A stretch of 64,000 nucleotides of DNA from a virus. The first letter of the stretch is position 1. Each line of letters begins with the position of its first letter. The position numbers and the translations under genes are program-made. Below the pieces are notes generated by a model that saw only the letters and a list, made by a program, of their open reading frames with translations, searched no databases and had not been told where the DNA came from. The stretch lies in IMG/VR virus record IMGVR_UViG_3300037502_001322, positions 1 through 64,000 of that record. One strand, given 5' to 3'. This document shows, in pieces, positions 17,917 to 27,349 of this stretch.

Positions 17917-20073
17917 ATGAAAAAGATATACAATTACAAAAAAGCAACAGTCTTCGATCTTGAAACTGATGGTCTTATAGATACGGTTAGTAAGATTTAT
18001 ATTTGTGGTTACAAAATGTATAACCAAGACAAAGTTAATATCTTTTGGGGAGATAAACAAGAAAACCGTATTCGTGCCATGCTTCAGTGGCATATTGATA
18101 ATAAAATTCCTATGGTGTGTCATAATGGAATAACCTATGACATACCTGTATTAGAGAAAGTTTACAATATAGATCTTTCTGAATTAATGGTTATTGATAC
18201 TTTAGCCTTGTCTTGGTATTTAAATATAGATAAAAAGAAACATTCGTTAGAGGCATTATCTTTTGATTACAATGTTTCTGATAAGTTTCAAGTAGATCAA
18301 GATGATTGGATTAATCTTACTAAAGAGCAGGCTATAAGCCGTGTTACTGCTGACGTAGATATTAACGTGGCTGTTTATAATGATTTTATCGAACGTCTCG
18401 AGGATATGTATTCCTTAGCTAAAGAACAGATAGATTCAGGTAATGTAGGCGGAAAGAGGGTATCTAAGAATGAAGTTATTTATCTTGACAGGTTTGTAGG
18501 TGATAGTGTAGAAGAACATGTAAATAGAATACTTACATTTCTAATGGCTAAGAAGGATGCTCAGGCTTTACAAGAGAAGACAGGTTGGGACGTAGACGTT
18601 CCCTACTTAAAAGAAAACATAAAAAAGCTTGAAGCTTTAGTTGAAGAATCCGCCAAAAATCTTGAGAAAGTTATGCCTCCTATTCCTGAATACAAAGATC
18701 GTCCTGAGCCAAAACTAAAGTTTAAGAAAAATGGAGATTTATCTAAGTCAGGAGAAAATTGGGAAAGGCTTAAAAAAGGACTTTCTGAGAAAAAAGAAGA
18801 TGATTGGGGAAATAAGCTTTTTCTTGTTCGTAAAGAAGGCTACATAACAGAGTTGACAGGCTATAATCAACCTAATATAAACGGACATCAGCAAGTTAAA
18901 GATTTCTTATTTAGGCATGGTTGGAAGCCTAAGACTTTTAAGTATGTTAGAGATGAAGAGGCCTTTGATCTTTGGTTAAAGAACAAGCCAAGGCAGGGGG
19001 CACAGCACTGGGAGTGGAGTTCTTGGAAAGAATCAAAACCTGAGGATAGAGGAATACCTCAAATAAGGATAGAGGGTGGAGATGGTAAAGAGCTTTGTGA
19101 AAGTGTCAGTGAACTTGCTGAAACTGTTCCTGAGATAAAGTATCTTGAAGAGTACAGTGTTATGAAACACAGACTTGATACTATGAAAGGAATATTAAGT
19201 AGGGTAGACAGTAACGGTAAAGTTTATGCCACTTGTCATGGATATACTAACACCCTAAGACTTAAGCATATGGCACCAATAGTAAATCTTCCTGGAGCAA
19301 ACAAGAAGTATGCCGAACCTATTCGTGGGTGTTTGATTGCTAAAGACGGTTACATAAGTTGTGGCTCTGATCTTTCAGCCTTGGAGGATAGAGTAAAGCA
19401 CCATTTTATGATACCCCATGATCCAAACTACGTTAATACAATGATGGACCCGGACTTTGATCCTCATATACTTATGGCGCTGTCTTCTGGAATGATAAGT
19501 GAGAAAGAGTTTAACGATTTTAAAAAAGGAATTAAACCTTTACATGTAATACAGGCCCGTGCGGCAGGAAAGACAACAAATTATGCCTGTGTATATTCCG
19601 CTGGACCTAAGACCATAGCAGAAGGTGCAGGAGTTTCTCTAGAAGAAGGCGAAAAACTTCATAAAGGCTATTGGGAATTAAACTGGTCAGTAAAGGCTAT
19701 AGCAGAAGAGCAAGTTGTTATAACTGATAAGCTAGGAGTTAAGTGGCTTGTCAACCCAATTAACGGACACTGTTACTCAGTTAGGAGTGAGAAAGATTAT
19801 TTCTCAACACTTGCACAAGGAACTGGCAGTTATTTTTTTGATATGTGGGTTGATAAGATAATAGCTAAGCAGAAAAATTTGTGGAGTAAGTGTACCCTAA
19901 CAGCATCTATGCACGATGAAATTGTGTTGGTAGTGAGGGACAATGACAGAATAAAAAACTTGTTTGATAAAATTATTCGTGATAGTATTAAAGAGGTTAG
20001 TGAGGAATTTATGGTAAGACGTGAGCTTGGTTGTGACGTACAATTCAACAAAAGGTACTCAGAAATTCACTAA
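17917..20073 (+). CDS. family A DNA polymerase with 3'-5' exonuclease
   Basis: FDLET, HNG..YD, motif A DLSALEDR, motif B RAAGKTTNY, motif C HDE. Confidence 0.95.
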   Translation: MKKIYNYKKATVFDLETDGLIDTVSKIYICGYKMYNQDKVNIFWGDKQENRIRAMLQWHIDNKIPMVCHNGITYDIPVLEKVYNIDLSELMVIDTLALSWYLNIDKKKHSLEALSFDYNVSDKFQVDQDDWINLTKEQAISRVTADVDINVAVYNDFIERLEDMYSLAKEQIDSGNVGGKRVSKNEVIYLDRFVGDSVEEHVNRILTFLMAKKDAQALQEKTGWDVDVPYLKENIKKLEALVEESAKNLEKVMPPIPEYKDRPEPKLKFKKNGDLSKSGENWERLKKGLSEKKEDDWGNKLFLVRKEGYITELTGYNQPNINGHQQVKDFLFRHGWKPKTFKYVRDEEAFDLWLKNKPRQGAQHWEWSSWKESKPEDRGIPQIRIEGGDGKELCESVSELAETVPEIKYLEEYSVMKHRLDTMKGILSRVDSNGKVYATCHGYTNTLRLKHMAPIVNLPGANKKYAEPIRGCLIAKDGYISCGSDLSALEDRVKHHFMIPHDPNYVNTMMDPDFDPHILMALSSGMISEKEFNDFKKGIKPLHVIQARAAGKTTNYACVYSAGPKTIAEGAGVSLEEGEKLHKGYWELNWSVKAIAEEQVVITDKLGVKWLVNPINGHCYSVRSEKDYFSTLAQGTGSYFFDMWVDKIIAKQKNLWSKCTLTASMHDEIVLVVRDNDRIKNLFDKIIRDSIKEVSEEFMVRRELGCDVQFNKRYSEIH

Positions 20074-20081
20074 AACAATAG

Positions 20082-20109
20082 TTGACATTATTCTGTAAAT
20101 CCTTATAAT
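20082..20109 (+). promoter_or_regulatory. sigma70 promoter
   Basis: TTGACA-N16-TATAAT. Confidence 0.7.
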
Positions 20110-20204
20110 GTCTCTCATTATTGACTCATTAAACAAACGAAGTGTTTAAACAATATATCATTTAACTAACCTATCATTATATAGGCACAAACAACAAAGA
20201 GGAG

Positions 20205-20462
20205 ATGATTAATATGTCAAACCAACAAGTTTCCGATAAATCTAAGACTAAGTTCGTTATTATTTATCGTGACCAAGCAGGTTATGAACACAATAACATT
20301 ATGTACCGTAGTCTGTTTGCTTCAACTAAGATTCTGGAGGCTGGCGACACTATGGAAGAAGTGATGGAAACTGCATCACGGTACAATCTGAAAGACTTTG
20401 AGGCTCTTGAACGAAAAGGTTCTTATCGTGTGAAACCTACAATTAGTTATGAAAAAGTTTAA
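20205..20462 (+). CDS. hypothetical protein
   Basis: GAGGAG SD. Confidence 0.7.
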   Translation: MINMSNQQVSDKSKTKFVIIYRDQAGYEHNNIMYRSLFASTKILEAGDTMEEVMETASRYNLKDFEALERKGSYRVKPTISYEKV

Positions 20463-20510
20463 ACTACGATTAATGTGTAACACTTAACATTCAAATAAGA
20501 GAGGAACAAA

Positions 20511-20843
20511 TTGTCAAAAACTAAAGAATCTATTGAGTCAGTTGAAAACAATAATAATCAAGAACACTCACAAGAAAAGCTGGTTCTTCCAGAGCTAATC
20601 GATGCCCATTACGCAGCATTTGGCATCGTGTATTGTTCACCTAAGTATCACACTAAAGATAAAGAAGGTAATCTATCTTGTGACCACGACAAGCTTGATA
20701 AAGAGTTTGCTAACTTTATCGATTGTGATGTCGAAACAGCCCAAGCTGTTCGAAACAAGATTGCAACTGAGACTCTATTTATAACCGAGTGGGTCACACA
20801 AGATATCAATAAAATTCTTGCAACCATTGGTTCTTTGAAGTAA
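20511..20843 (+). CDS. hypothetical protein
   Basis: GAGGA SD, TTG start. Confidence 0.7.
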   Translation: MSKTKESIESVENNNNQEHSQEKLVLPELIDAHYAAFGIVYCSPKYHTKDKEGNLSCDHDKLDKEFANFIDCDVETAQAVRNKIATETLFITEWVTQDINKILATIGSLK

Positions 20844-20898
20844 GATAAGATTTAAACCAAAAACAAAGTAATTCAGATTAAATAGGAGAATATAATTT

Positions 20899-21606
20899 AT
20901 GAGTAATGAAATCACTGTGAAAGTTGTGCAACAATCTAACCCTGCTAAGAAGCAACCGCAGATTGAACGTCTGGAGAATGTTACACTGATGTACGTGCGA
21001 CTTCAGAAACCGGTTAATAAATTTGAATCGACTGACAAAGAGTTTGTTCTTTCTTTTGTTTGTGATGAAGACACCAGTGACCAATTCAGTGAGAAGTTTC
21101 CTAAAGCTTCAGTGAAGAAAGTTAAAACCGAACAATTCAAAGATAAGCACGGAATTGAACCTCCGTTCCCTAATGACAAGAATCAATATGTGATTAAGAT
21201 GGGTGTTCGTGCTGAAATGAAAGACAAAGAGACTGGTCAGATGATAGAGATTCCTTATTTCTACGACACTCGTCCTAAAGTATATGAACTTTCAGAAGGT
21301 AAAGCTGTTGATGTAACTCTTGATAAGATGGTAGGTAACGGCTCTAAAGGTCATATTCAATATGCTGTAGCTTCGAACTCCTTCGGTCAGTTTTGTTTTC
21401 TTAGGGCAGTTCTGGTCACTGATTTGATTGAGGTGGAGAGTTCCGGCGGTGGTGTTCATAATCCATTTAGTGACCTTGGGCTAGATGTGGTCCCTGCTGA
21501 AGTCAATGAAACCAAACAAGTCAGTAAACCTTCTCAACCTGAGCAGGAAGTGAAACGAGCAGAATCAGACCCTTTCAGTGATATGGCAGAAGAAGGCTTT
21601 AGCTAG
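20899..21606 (+). CDS. probable single-stranded DNA-binding protein (T7 gp2.5-like)
   Basis: RPKV...VGNGSKG...LRAVLVTDLIE, acidic aromatic tail; replication context. Confidence 0.7.
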   Translation: MSNEITVKVVQQSNPAKKQPQIERLENVTLMYVRLQKPVNKFESTDKEFVLSFVCDEDTSDQFSEKFPKASVKKVKTEQFKDKHGIEPPFPNDKNQYVIKMGVRAEMKDKETGQMIEIPYFYDTRPKVYELSEGKAVDVTLDKMVGNGSKGHIQYAVASNSFGQFCFLRAVLVTDLIEVESSGGGVHNPFSDLGLDVVPAEVNETKQVSKPSQPEQEVKRAESDPFSDMAEEGFS

Positions 21607-21657
21607 GACATCCCGTTTTAATTTAACTTGACAAAGACAACTAAATAACTTATTCTA

Positions 21658-21697
21658 AGTGCAGCTTCTTTCATTAGAGGTTGCACTTTTATTTTAA
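21658..21697 (+). terminator. intrinsic terminator
   Basis: agtgcagc/gttgcact stem + TTTTATTTT. Confidence 0.65.
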
Positions 21698-21709
21698 TAG
21701 GAGAATTTT

Positions 21710-22702
21710 ATGAATAAAATTAATAAGGCCAATAACGGCATTATTCAACAACTAGTGTTTCGAAACAAAGCAGATAAAGTGTTTGTTGGTGCCAAGATTA
21801 ACAGTCAATGGTTTGGATTTGGCTTGTTTGAATCTAAAGAAAAGTTCCCACTAACTGAAGGACAAATGATTAGGTTTGAATATACTGTTGGTGAATCTTT
21901 TGGAGAAGTTAATCTTCAAACTGTTCAAGTCAACGCAAACAGCAGTTCTAATGTCGATTCTACTGCGTCTGAAACACACTCCAAGCAATTGGAAGGTCAA
22001 GGAAATGCAAACCCTAAGGGTAGTGATAAGAATGCAAAACAGAGCCAAAACAGCAGCAATAAAGCTAAGGTTAAGCCCAAAGCTAAACTTTATGGGGAAG
22101 TGATTAAATCTAATGAAAGTTCTATGGTTGTAGAGCTAAAAGATGATAAACTTGGTGATGTGTTTGTTGTTCTTGACTCAGAGAAATATGATGAAGTGAA
22201 GAAAGCAGGCTCAGGAGATTGTGTTGGTGCGAGGTTCACCGGGTTTAGTGAATATAATGAAGAAAAGAAAGGCTATGAGATTAAGTCAGGTTTTAAAGTT
22301 TATAAACCTGTTAAAGAAGTGAAACAATCCGAATTAGTAGAGAAGATTAGTCCTGTTCAAGATGCACCATTCAATTCCAAAGAACGGCAGTTTAAAATGA
22401 CTGTTGGCAATCTTATGAATGTTGCTGCTATTGCTTGTAAGTGTGATATAGACGGTTCAGTTGTTCTCGCTAAAGAGTTGTATCCTAAAGTAGAGGAATT
22501 GAGAGTTAAACTTATCACTCAATATAAAGAAGCACGTTCAGATGGGGATATCAGTAGTAAGTTAGGGGACTGTTTGAAACATGCAGCATTCACTGTTTCT
22601 CAACAACAAAATTCAGTCAGTGTAGTTGATGATATTTGTAAACTTGCTGAGGAGTGGGTTCATAAACATATTGAAGTGGAAGATTACTTGAATAACATAT
22701 AA
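21710..22702 (+). CDS. hypothetical protein, possibly OB-fold nucleic-acid binding
   Basis: 330 aa, AGGAG SD, beta-rich segments with low-complexity linker. Confidence 0.7.
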   Translation: MNKINKANNGIIQQLVFRNKADKVFVGAKINSQWFGFGLFESKEKFPLTEGQMIRFEYTVGESFGEVNLQTVQVNANSSSNVDSTASETHSKQLEGQGNANPKGSDKNAKQSQNSSNKAKVKPKAKLYGEVIKSNESSMVVELKDDKLGDVFVVLDSEKYDEVKKAGSGDCVGARFTGFSEYNEEKKGYEIKSGFKVYKPVKEVKQSELVEKISPVQDAPFNSKERQFKMTVGNLMNVAAIACKCDIDGSVVLAKELYPKVEELRVKLITQYKEARSDGDISSKLGDCLKHAAFTVSQQQNSVSVVDDICKLAEEWVHKHIEVEDYLNNI

Positions 22703-22731
22703 TAGATTAAATTAAAGGTAAGAGGTTAAAA

Positions 22732-22959
22732 GTGAATAATAAGAAAGGTGGTTCTAAATATATTTTTGATTGCGACGCAAGTGTGCCTATAGAAGACATA
22801 AAACAAGTTTGGAAAAATAACATAATAAACATTTTAGGTAAAAATGACGTAACTCTAGATGATATTTTTCAACTACTCTACGAAGATTTGATAGAGAACC
22901 CTAAGGATATTAAACCGCTTTCAGTCGAAGAGAATGTTGTGTATGAACATATCGAGTAA
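22732..22959 (+). CDS. hypothetical protein
   Basis: GAGGT SD, GTG start. Confidence 0.6.
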   Translation: MNNKKGGSKYIFDCDASVPIEDIKQVWKNNIINILGKNDVTLDDIFQLLYEDLIENPKDIKPLSVEENVVYEHIE

Positions 22960-22983
22960 TATACCGAACAGGATGAAAGGGGA

Positions 22984-23136
22984 ATGCCGATTCTTTTGAA
23001 TCCAGAAGATTGGATTGGTGCTGAGTTGGTAAATGGTAGGACTCGTTCTTGTTATGCTTATGAAGCTCCTTGGACAGACCCAGAAAACCCAGTTAGATAT
23101 TTTATTGTATACAAGAAGGAAGGAGGGACTGAATGA
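22984..23136 (+). CDS. small hypothetical protein (50 aa, MPILLNPEDW...), in frame with the upstream ORF
   Basis: AAGGGG SD; ATGA overlap with next gene; below ORF-track cutoff. Confidence 0.55.
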   Translation: MPILLNPEDWIGAELVNGRTRSCYAYEAPWTDPENPVRYFIVYKKEGGTE

Positions 23137-23426
23137 ATTCTTCTGATAAATTTAATAAGATTATAAATTTCATTAGTCAGTATGATAACAACCAACTAAG
23201 AAGTGAGTTTAATGAAGTGACAACTATAAGACTAAAGGTTAAATGTAAATCCTCTTTCTCTACACAAACTAATTATGCTTTTTGTGAATGGGTAAGGGGT
23301 GATGTAGACTATTTTATCTACTATCCAATAAGTGGCTACTATTTCACTGATGATATGTTTGAAATGCCAATTAATAGAGAAGACTTTAAAGATAATTTTG
23401 TTATTCTTAAAATGATAAAGATGTAA
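23133..23426 (+). CDS. hypothetical protein
   Basis: GGAGG SD. Confidence 0.65.
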   Translation: MNSSDKFNKIINFISQYDNNQLRSEFNEVTTIRLKVKCKSSFSTQTNYAFCEWVRGDVDYFIYYPISGYYFTDDMFEMPINREDFKDNFVILKMIKM

Positions 23427-23439
23427 GGTTAACATATAG

Positions 23440-23480
23440 AAAGAGCGCCTTGGGTTGATTCCCTTGGCGCTTTTATTTTA
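23440..23480. terminator. bidirectional terminator at the convergence of replication and structural transcription
   Basis: aaagagcgcc...ggcgcttttattt. Confidence 0.75.
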
Positions 23481-23493
23481 ATTACAGTTTAAG

Positions 23494-23844
23494 TTAAGAT
23501 TCAATAATATACCAAGTACCGTCTGGTTTACCAATAGTAATCCAAGTGTAAGGTAAGTCGTCTCGCCTCATTAATTTAGTGTATCTGTTATCTAATATCC
23601 ACCCATCAACAGAGCAAACTAAGTGTCCTTCTCCGTCTTCGGTTAGGCAATATACTAAATCAGAGGGAATACCTTTAGTAGATAGCTCTTGTCTGCACCA
23701 AAGAGCAAAGTCTTCGCAATCTCCAACTAAGTTGATAGTCCAATATTCTGGTATGTTGTATTGAGCTTGATCCGTTATATACTGATGATTATTTAAAGCA
23801 TTAGTCAGTGCGTCTTGGAGCAATTCTTGCAATATCTCTAACAT
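23494..23844 (-). CDS. transglutaminase-like cysteine peptidase (BTLCP / C93)
   Basis: GDCEDFA, GEGHLV, ILDNR catalytic Cys-His-Asp. Confidence 0.88.
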   Translation of the reverse strand: MLEILQELLQDALTNALNNHQYITDQAQYNIPEYWTINLVGDCEDFALWCRQELSTKGIPSDLVYCLTEDGEGHLVCSVDGWILDNRYTKLMRRDDLPYTWITIGKPDGTWYIIES

Positions 23845-23978
23845 TGCCCACCCCTTTTCCTATACTCAATACATCCGTGGGGAGGTAACGCTTCTATGCT
23901 TGTTTCAAAAGGAGTAGGTGGTTGTTGGACGGTACAACCTATTAGCAGTAAGTTAGATAGCAGAAGTATCTTCTTCAA
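23838..23978 (-). CDS. small lipoprotein (46 aa), not in the ORF track
   Basis: TTG start, MKKILLLSNLLLIG-C lipobox; ends PPHGCIEYRKRGGQC; stop overlaps the BTLCP start. Confidence 0.6.
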   Translation of the reverse strand: MKKILLLSNLLLIGCTVQQPPTPFETSIEALPPHGCIEYRKRGGQC

Positions 23979-24249
23979 TAACTGCCCAGTCTTCGGATAA
24001 CCCTTTAACAATTTCATAAGATTCGCTCACCTGATATAAATCTCTAACTTGCTGAGTATTCTGCTCAAGAGTTTTCTCTTCATCATAGGTATATTCAGAA
24101 GAAACATCAACTGAAGTGGTAGTTAGGTTTTCATCGGGATGCTTTCGCCAAGCAAACCAATATTGAGTAGTTCCTACACAACCCTTAGATACCGCCACTT
24201 GTTGACTAAACTCTTGAGCTTCTGGTTCTGTACTAAATAGTATAAACAT
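23953..24249 (-). CDS. hypothetical protein, possible fibre chaperone
   Basis: AGGA SD; directly after the fibre gene. Confidence 0.65.
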   Translation of the reverse strand: MFILFSTEPEAQEFSQQVAVSKGCVGTTQYWFAWRKHPDENLTTTSVDVSSEYTYDEEKTLEQNTQQVRDLYQVSESYEIVKGLSEDWAVIEEDTSAI

Positions 24250-24321
24250 ATTAATTCCTAAAATTAGTGAAAAGAAGGAGCTGCTTTAGTTGACAGCTCA
24301 TGCTGAAATCCCGGCATATCG

Positions 24322-25716
24322 TTAAGGTATATTAAAGTGTGCCATAATGTTCAAATCAATGGCTGTAGTGCCTGCGTGGTTTAAGTTTGGGTAGAGGATG
24401 ACTTCGGATAGGTGGCCGTTGAGAAATGCCGTAGTAGCATTTGATCTAGCTCCCAAGTACAAAGGGAAATTGCCGAAAACTGTACCTGATGGGTTTGTTG
24501 CAGAACTGAACTCGGACAAGTTTGTTCTACTAGAAATATAGGGTGCGCTAGAGAATTTAAATGAATCTGTTTTGATGACACTGACAGGTGCAGCAACCGA
24601 ACCTGTAACTACCGCTGTCGTGGCTGTACCTCGCAGATATGAAGAAAGATTTGGTGACCCGTTTGCATCCACAACCCTCGTATGAAATGTTCCGGCGTTA
24701 GCTGAAAACGAGGAAGAAAACTCTAATATAGATGCTGCTGCGGCATCACTTAACTTTCTCACCGCCGTGTAAACATTAACTTTATCTGTCCCAGTCAAAT
24801 CAATTGTCGGTGTCACCAGCCAATCGTCCACCCCATCAAACTTCGGCGCAGGTCTGTCGTTAATCCGTTGAATCACCCCCGCGAGCACCAGGGCGGGCTG
24901 ACTTGCTGCGGTGGCCTGGGTGGCGTTGAAGCTGTTCCCCGACTGGTCGTATATAGTGGTTACAAAACCACCACCATAAGCATTTGCTTCTGTCTTTTGG
25001 TAGGGTAATGGTTCTGATCCTGCTACTAGTTGATAACCAGTAACTTTGAAAGTTCTGTTGGAGTTACCAGCATATTTATAGACCCCCGTATTGTTAGAGG
25101 TTGCTGATGGTATAAATCGAGTAGCAGAAACCCTATATAAACTACCTGATATATGTTCTACAGTATGTGGTACGACACCGATATTGCCTATATCAAGGGC
25201 AAAATCGCTATCTGCTCCCTCTGCTGTAGCGCCAAAGTTAGGTGCTAATCCGTCGTCCATCTCTACAAAAACAGATAAGGTGGCATTACCCCCTACTAAA
25301 GTGCCGTAATTATGGTTATTCTTTGAAGCGTAAGAAGTAGTTGTCCCATTATAGCCAAAAGCAATACCACCATCATATCCCGTAAATGTGGTAGCAGAGA
25401 TCAAACCACCTCTAACTGGAGCATCAGTGAGACCATTAGGGAACTCGCTTCTCGTCAGCAAATTATGTCCAACAAACTCTGTTAAATCTTCTTCATTCAG
25501 GACTAATTCTTCAAGAATAGGGTCGTACTTATAACCTATATCTAACTCAGTGTTATCATAAGACCTTCGAACCCTGACTAAAGGCCCTTTATAGCCATTT
25601 CTTAATCTTCGGGAAGCGGATAACCCTAATGAAGCACCTTCAGCGAAACTCAGAACTCCTTCTTTAGCTCTTCTATTTGGGTCTAATAGACTTGGAGGTT
25701 TTCTTAATTTTCCCAT
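24322..25716 (-). CDS. tail fibre / receptor-binding protein (LamG/lectin-like domains)
   Basis: RRLRNGYKGPLVRVRRSYDN, YDQSGN..ATQ...QP, FDGVDDWL, LNGHLSEVILY. Confidence 0.75.
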   Translation of the reverse strand: MGKLRKPPSLLDPNRRAKEGVLSFAEGASLGLSASRRLRNGYKGPLVRVRRSYDNTELDIGYKYDPILEELVLNEEDLTEFVGHNLLTRSEFPNGLTDAPVRGGLISATTFTGYDGGIAFGYNGTTTSYASKNNHNYGTLVGGNATLSVFVEMDDGLAPNFGATAEGADSDFALDIGNIGVVPHTVEHISGSLYRVSATRFIPSATSNNTGVYKYAGNSNRTFKVTGYQLVAGSEPLPYQKTEANAYGGGFVTTIYDQSGNSFNATQATAASQPALVLAGVIQRINDRPAPKFDGVDDWLVTPTIDLTGTDKVNVYTAVRKLSDAAAASILEFSSSFSANAGTFHTRVVDANGSPNLSSYLRGTATTAVVTGSVAAPVSVIKTDSFKFSSAPYISSRTNLSEFSSATNPSGTVFGNFPLYLGARSNATTAFLNGHLSEVILYPNLNHAGTTAIDLNIMAHFNIP

Positions 25717-26403
25717 TTAGATAACCCTCCAATTAGCTCCATCAAAAATAACAGTAATAGAGAATGAACTATCAAGGTCTGCCCACAATACGGTTAGACC
25801 ATCGCTATCAATAATATCAATTAAACCATTAGCAGATGCAATATTCTTAATTGCAAAAGTTAAACCATTAACTGTTGTCACAGGAAGAGTCACATTTCTA
25901 TCTGCACCGTTTGGGTCAATGAATTGGTAAACCTGAGAAGATTCTGTGAGTGTGATATTTCCTGTGGCTGTGGTTATGGTCACTTCACTTCTTAGAGAAT
26001 CAACTTGTGCTTCAGCTTCATCAGCGGCGGTCTCAGCCCTAACAAGAGCATCAGCAACAGCAACTGCCGCATCAAATTGAGTTAACACCCAATTAGGATC
26101 ACCAACAGGAGTGGCCCCCATAGGGATAGGGTTCAAACTTGTTGCTGTTGGTGCATAGTAATAGAAACCGTCAGTGAAACGTCTCAATTGGTTAAAGACT
26201 GTCTCATCAAGACCTTGAGTCCAATCAGTAGGAGTCTTGAAATAAAAGTTATCTGTTAATGCTTTCCTGAGAGAATCAACAGGACCAGACTCTGTATTGA
26301 TAGTTGAAGTAGCATCTTCATTCATGATTCGATGTAGTTGATTAGACGAGTCTATAGCTAAGTCAACAGCATCACGATATGTAGTCGCGGGAAATGTCGC
26401 CAT
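25717..26403 (-). CDS. tail fibre/spike attachment protein
   Basis: tailspike-like N-terminus (TESGPVDSLRKAL) and C-terminal VTLP...KN...FDGANW trimer-type domain. Confidence 0.65.
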   Translation of the reverse strand: MATFPATTYRDAVDLAIDSSNQLHRIMNEDATSTINTESGPVDSLRKALTDNFYFKTPTDWTQGLDETVFNQLRRFTDGFYYYAPTATSLNPIPMGATPVGDPNWVLTQFDAAVAVADALVRAETAADEAEAQVDSLRSEVTITTATGNITLTESSQVYQFIDPNGADRNVTLPVTTVNGLTFAIKNIASANGLIDIIDSDGLTVLWADLDSSFSITVIFDGANWRVI

Positions 26404-26420
26404 TTAATATTTCCTCATAA

Positions 26421-26930
26421 TTAGAAATAGTTTATTATAGTAAGGTATAAAATAGTTGTTAACCCCAAACATATTCTTACAGGAGAGTAGATATTAATTT
26501 TAGGGCCATGGTTCACTGAATCTTTTAAATTTATATTAATTAACAGAATGGTTAATAATTCATAGTGCCAGTTAGTTATAAAGTATAACAACCAGTCTTT
26601 GTTGTTTAGGATTTCAACTATGTGGTAAGGTTGAGTATGAATAACAATCGAAGAGAATATGATTGTTAACCCAACAGTAATTAACAGGTTAACATCTTTG
26701 TTATAGTTAATATAAACACTCTGATTCGCTATTAACCTTAAGCATAAAATGAGAACTGAAATATCTAATAAGATTAAGTACTGTTGGTTGTAAAATAAGA
26801 ATTCATAACTTAGTAAATAATCTGTTATAACATAGTACAAACAATAACAAACTAAAATGAATTGATTGAAGTCTTTTCTAATTGTTAATAAACTAACCAC
26901 ACAACAAATACTTAACTGGTAGCTATTCAT
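26421..26930 (-). CDS. multi-pass membrane protein
   Basis: very hydrophobic, AT-rich 169 aa ORF; AGGTG SD. Confidence 0.6.
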   Translation of the reverse strand: MNSYQLSICCVVSLLTIRKDFNQFILVCYCLYYVITDYLLSYEFLFYNQQYLILLDISVLILCLRLIANQSVYINYNKDVNLLITVGLTIIFSSIVIHTQPYHIVEILNNKDWLLYFITNWHYELLTILLININLKDSVNHGPKINIYSPVRICLGLTTILYLTIINYF

Positions 26931-26977
26931 AAGTCACCTATCGGTTATATGGTTAGTTAAATTCATTGGCAGTATAA

Positions 26978-27337
26978 TTAACCGTTATCATTCCATCGAC
27001 GGCTGGTATTATTAACTCTTTCAGTTAATAGTTCTTTTAATGCTTCCATTCTTGAATTCATTTTACTATCAAGAGAATCAAACTTAGATTCCAACCTCGA
27101 TTCAAACTCTTTGAACATATCTTTAAGTTCACCACGGGTCACAGCTTCAGCTTCTAATCTTATAAGCTGTTCTCTTGTTTGATGATAAGAGTCTTTAAGA
27201 TGGTCAAATTCATCAGAGAGTTTATCATGTTTTTTAATGAAACTTTTAAAGTTATGTCCTAACAAAGATGCGAATAAAGAAATACCTATGGTTATGAATG
27301 GTAATATAAATTTTAAGAATATTTCAAATAAGGGCAT
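26978..27337 (-). CDS. membrane-anchored coiled-coil protein (possibly holin-like)
   Basis: N-terminal TM followed by coiled coil. Confidence 0.7.
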   Translation of the reverse strand: MPLFEIFLKFILPFITIGISLFASLLGHNFKSFIKKHDKLSDEFDHLKDSYHQTREQLIRLEAEAVTRGELKDMFKEFESRLESKFDSLDSKMNSRMEALKELLTERVNNTSRRWNDNG

Positions 27338-27349
27338 AAGTTTCTCTAT

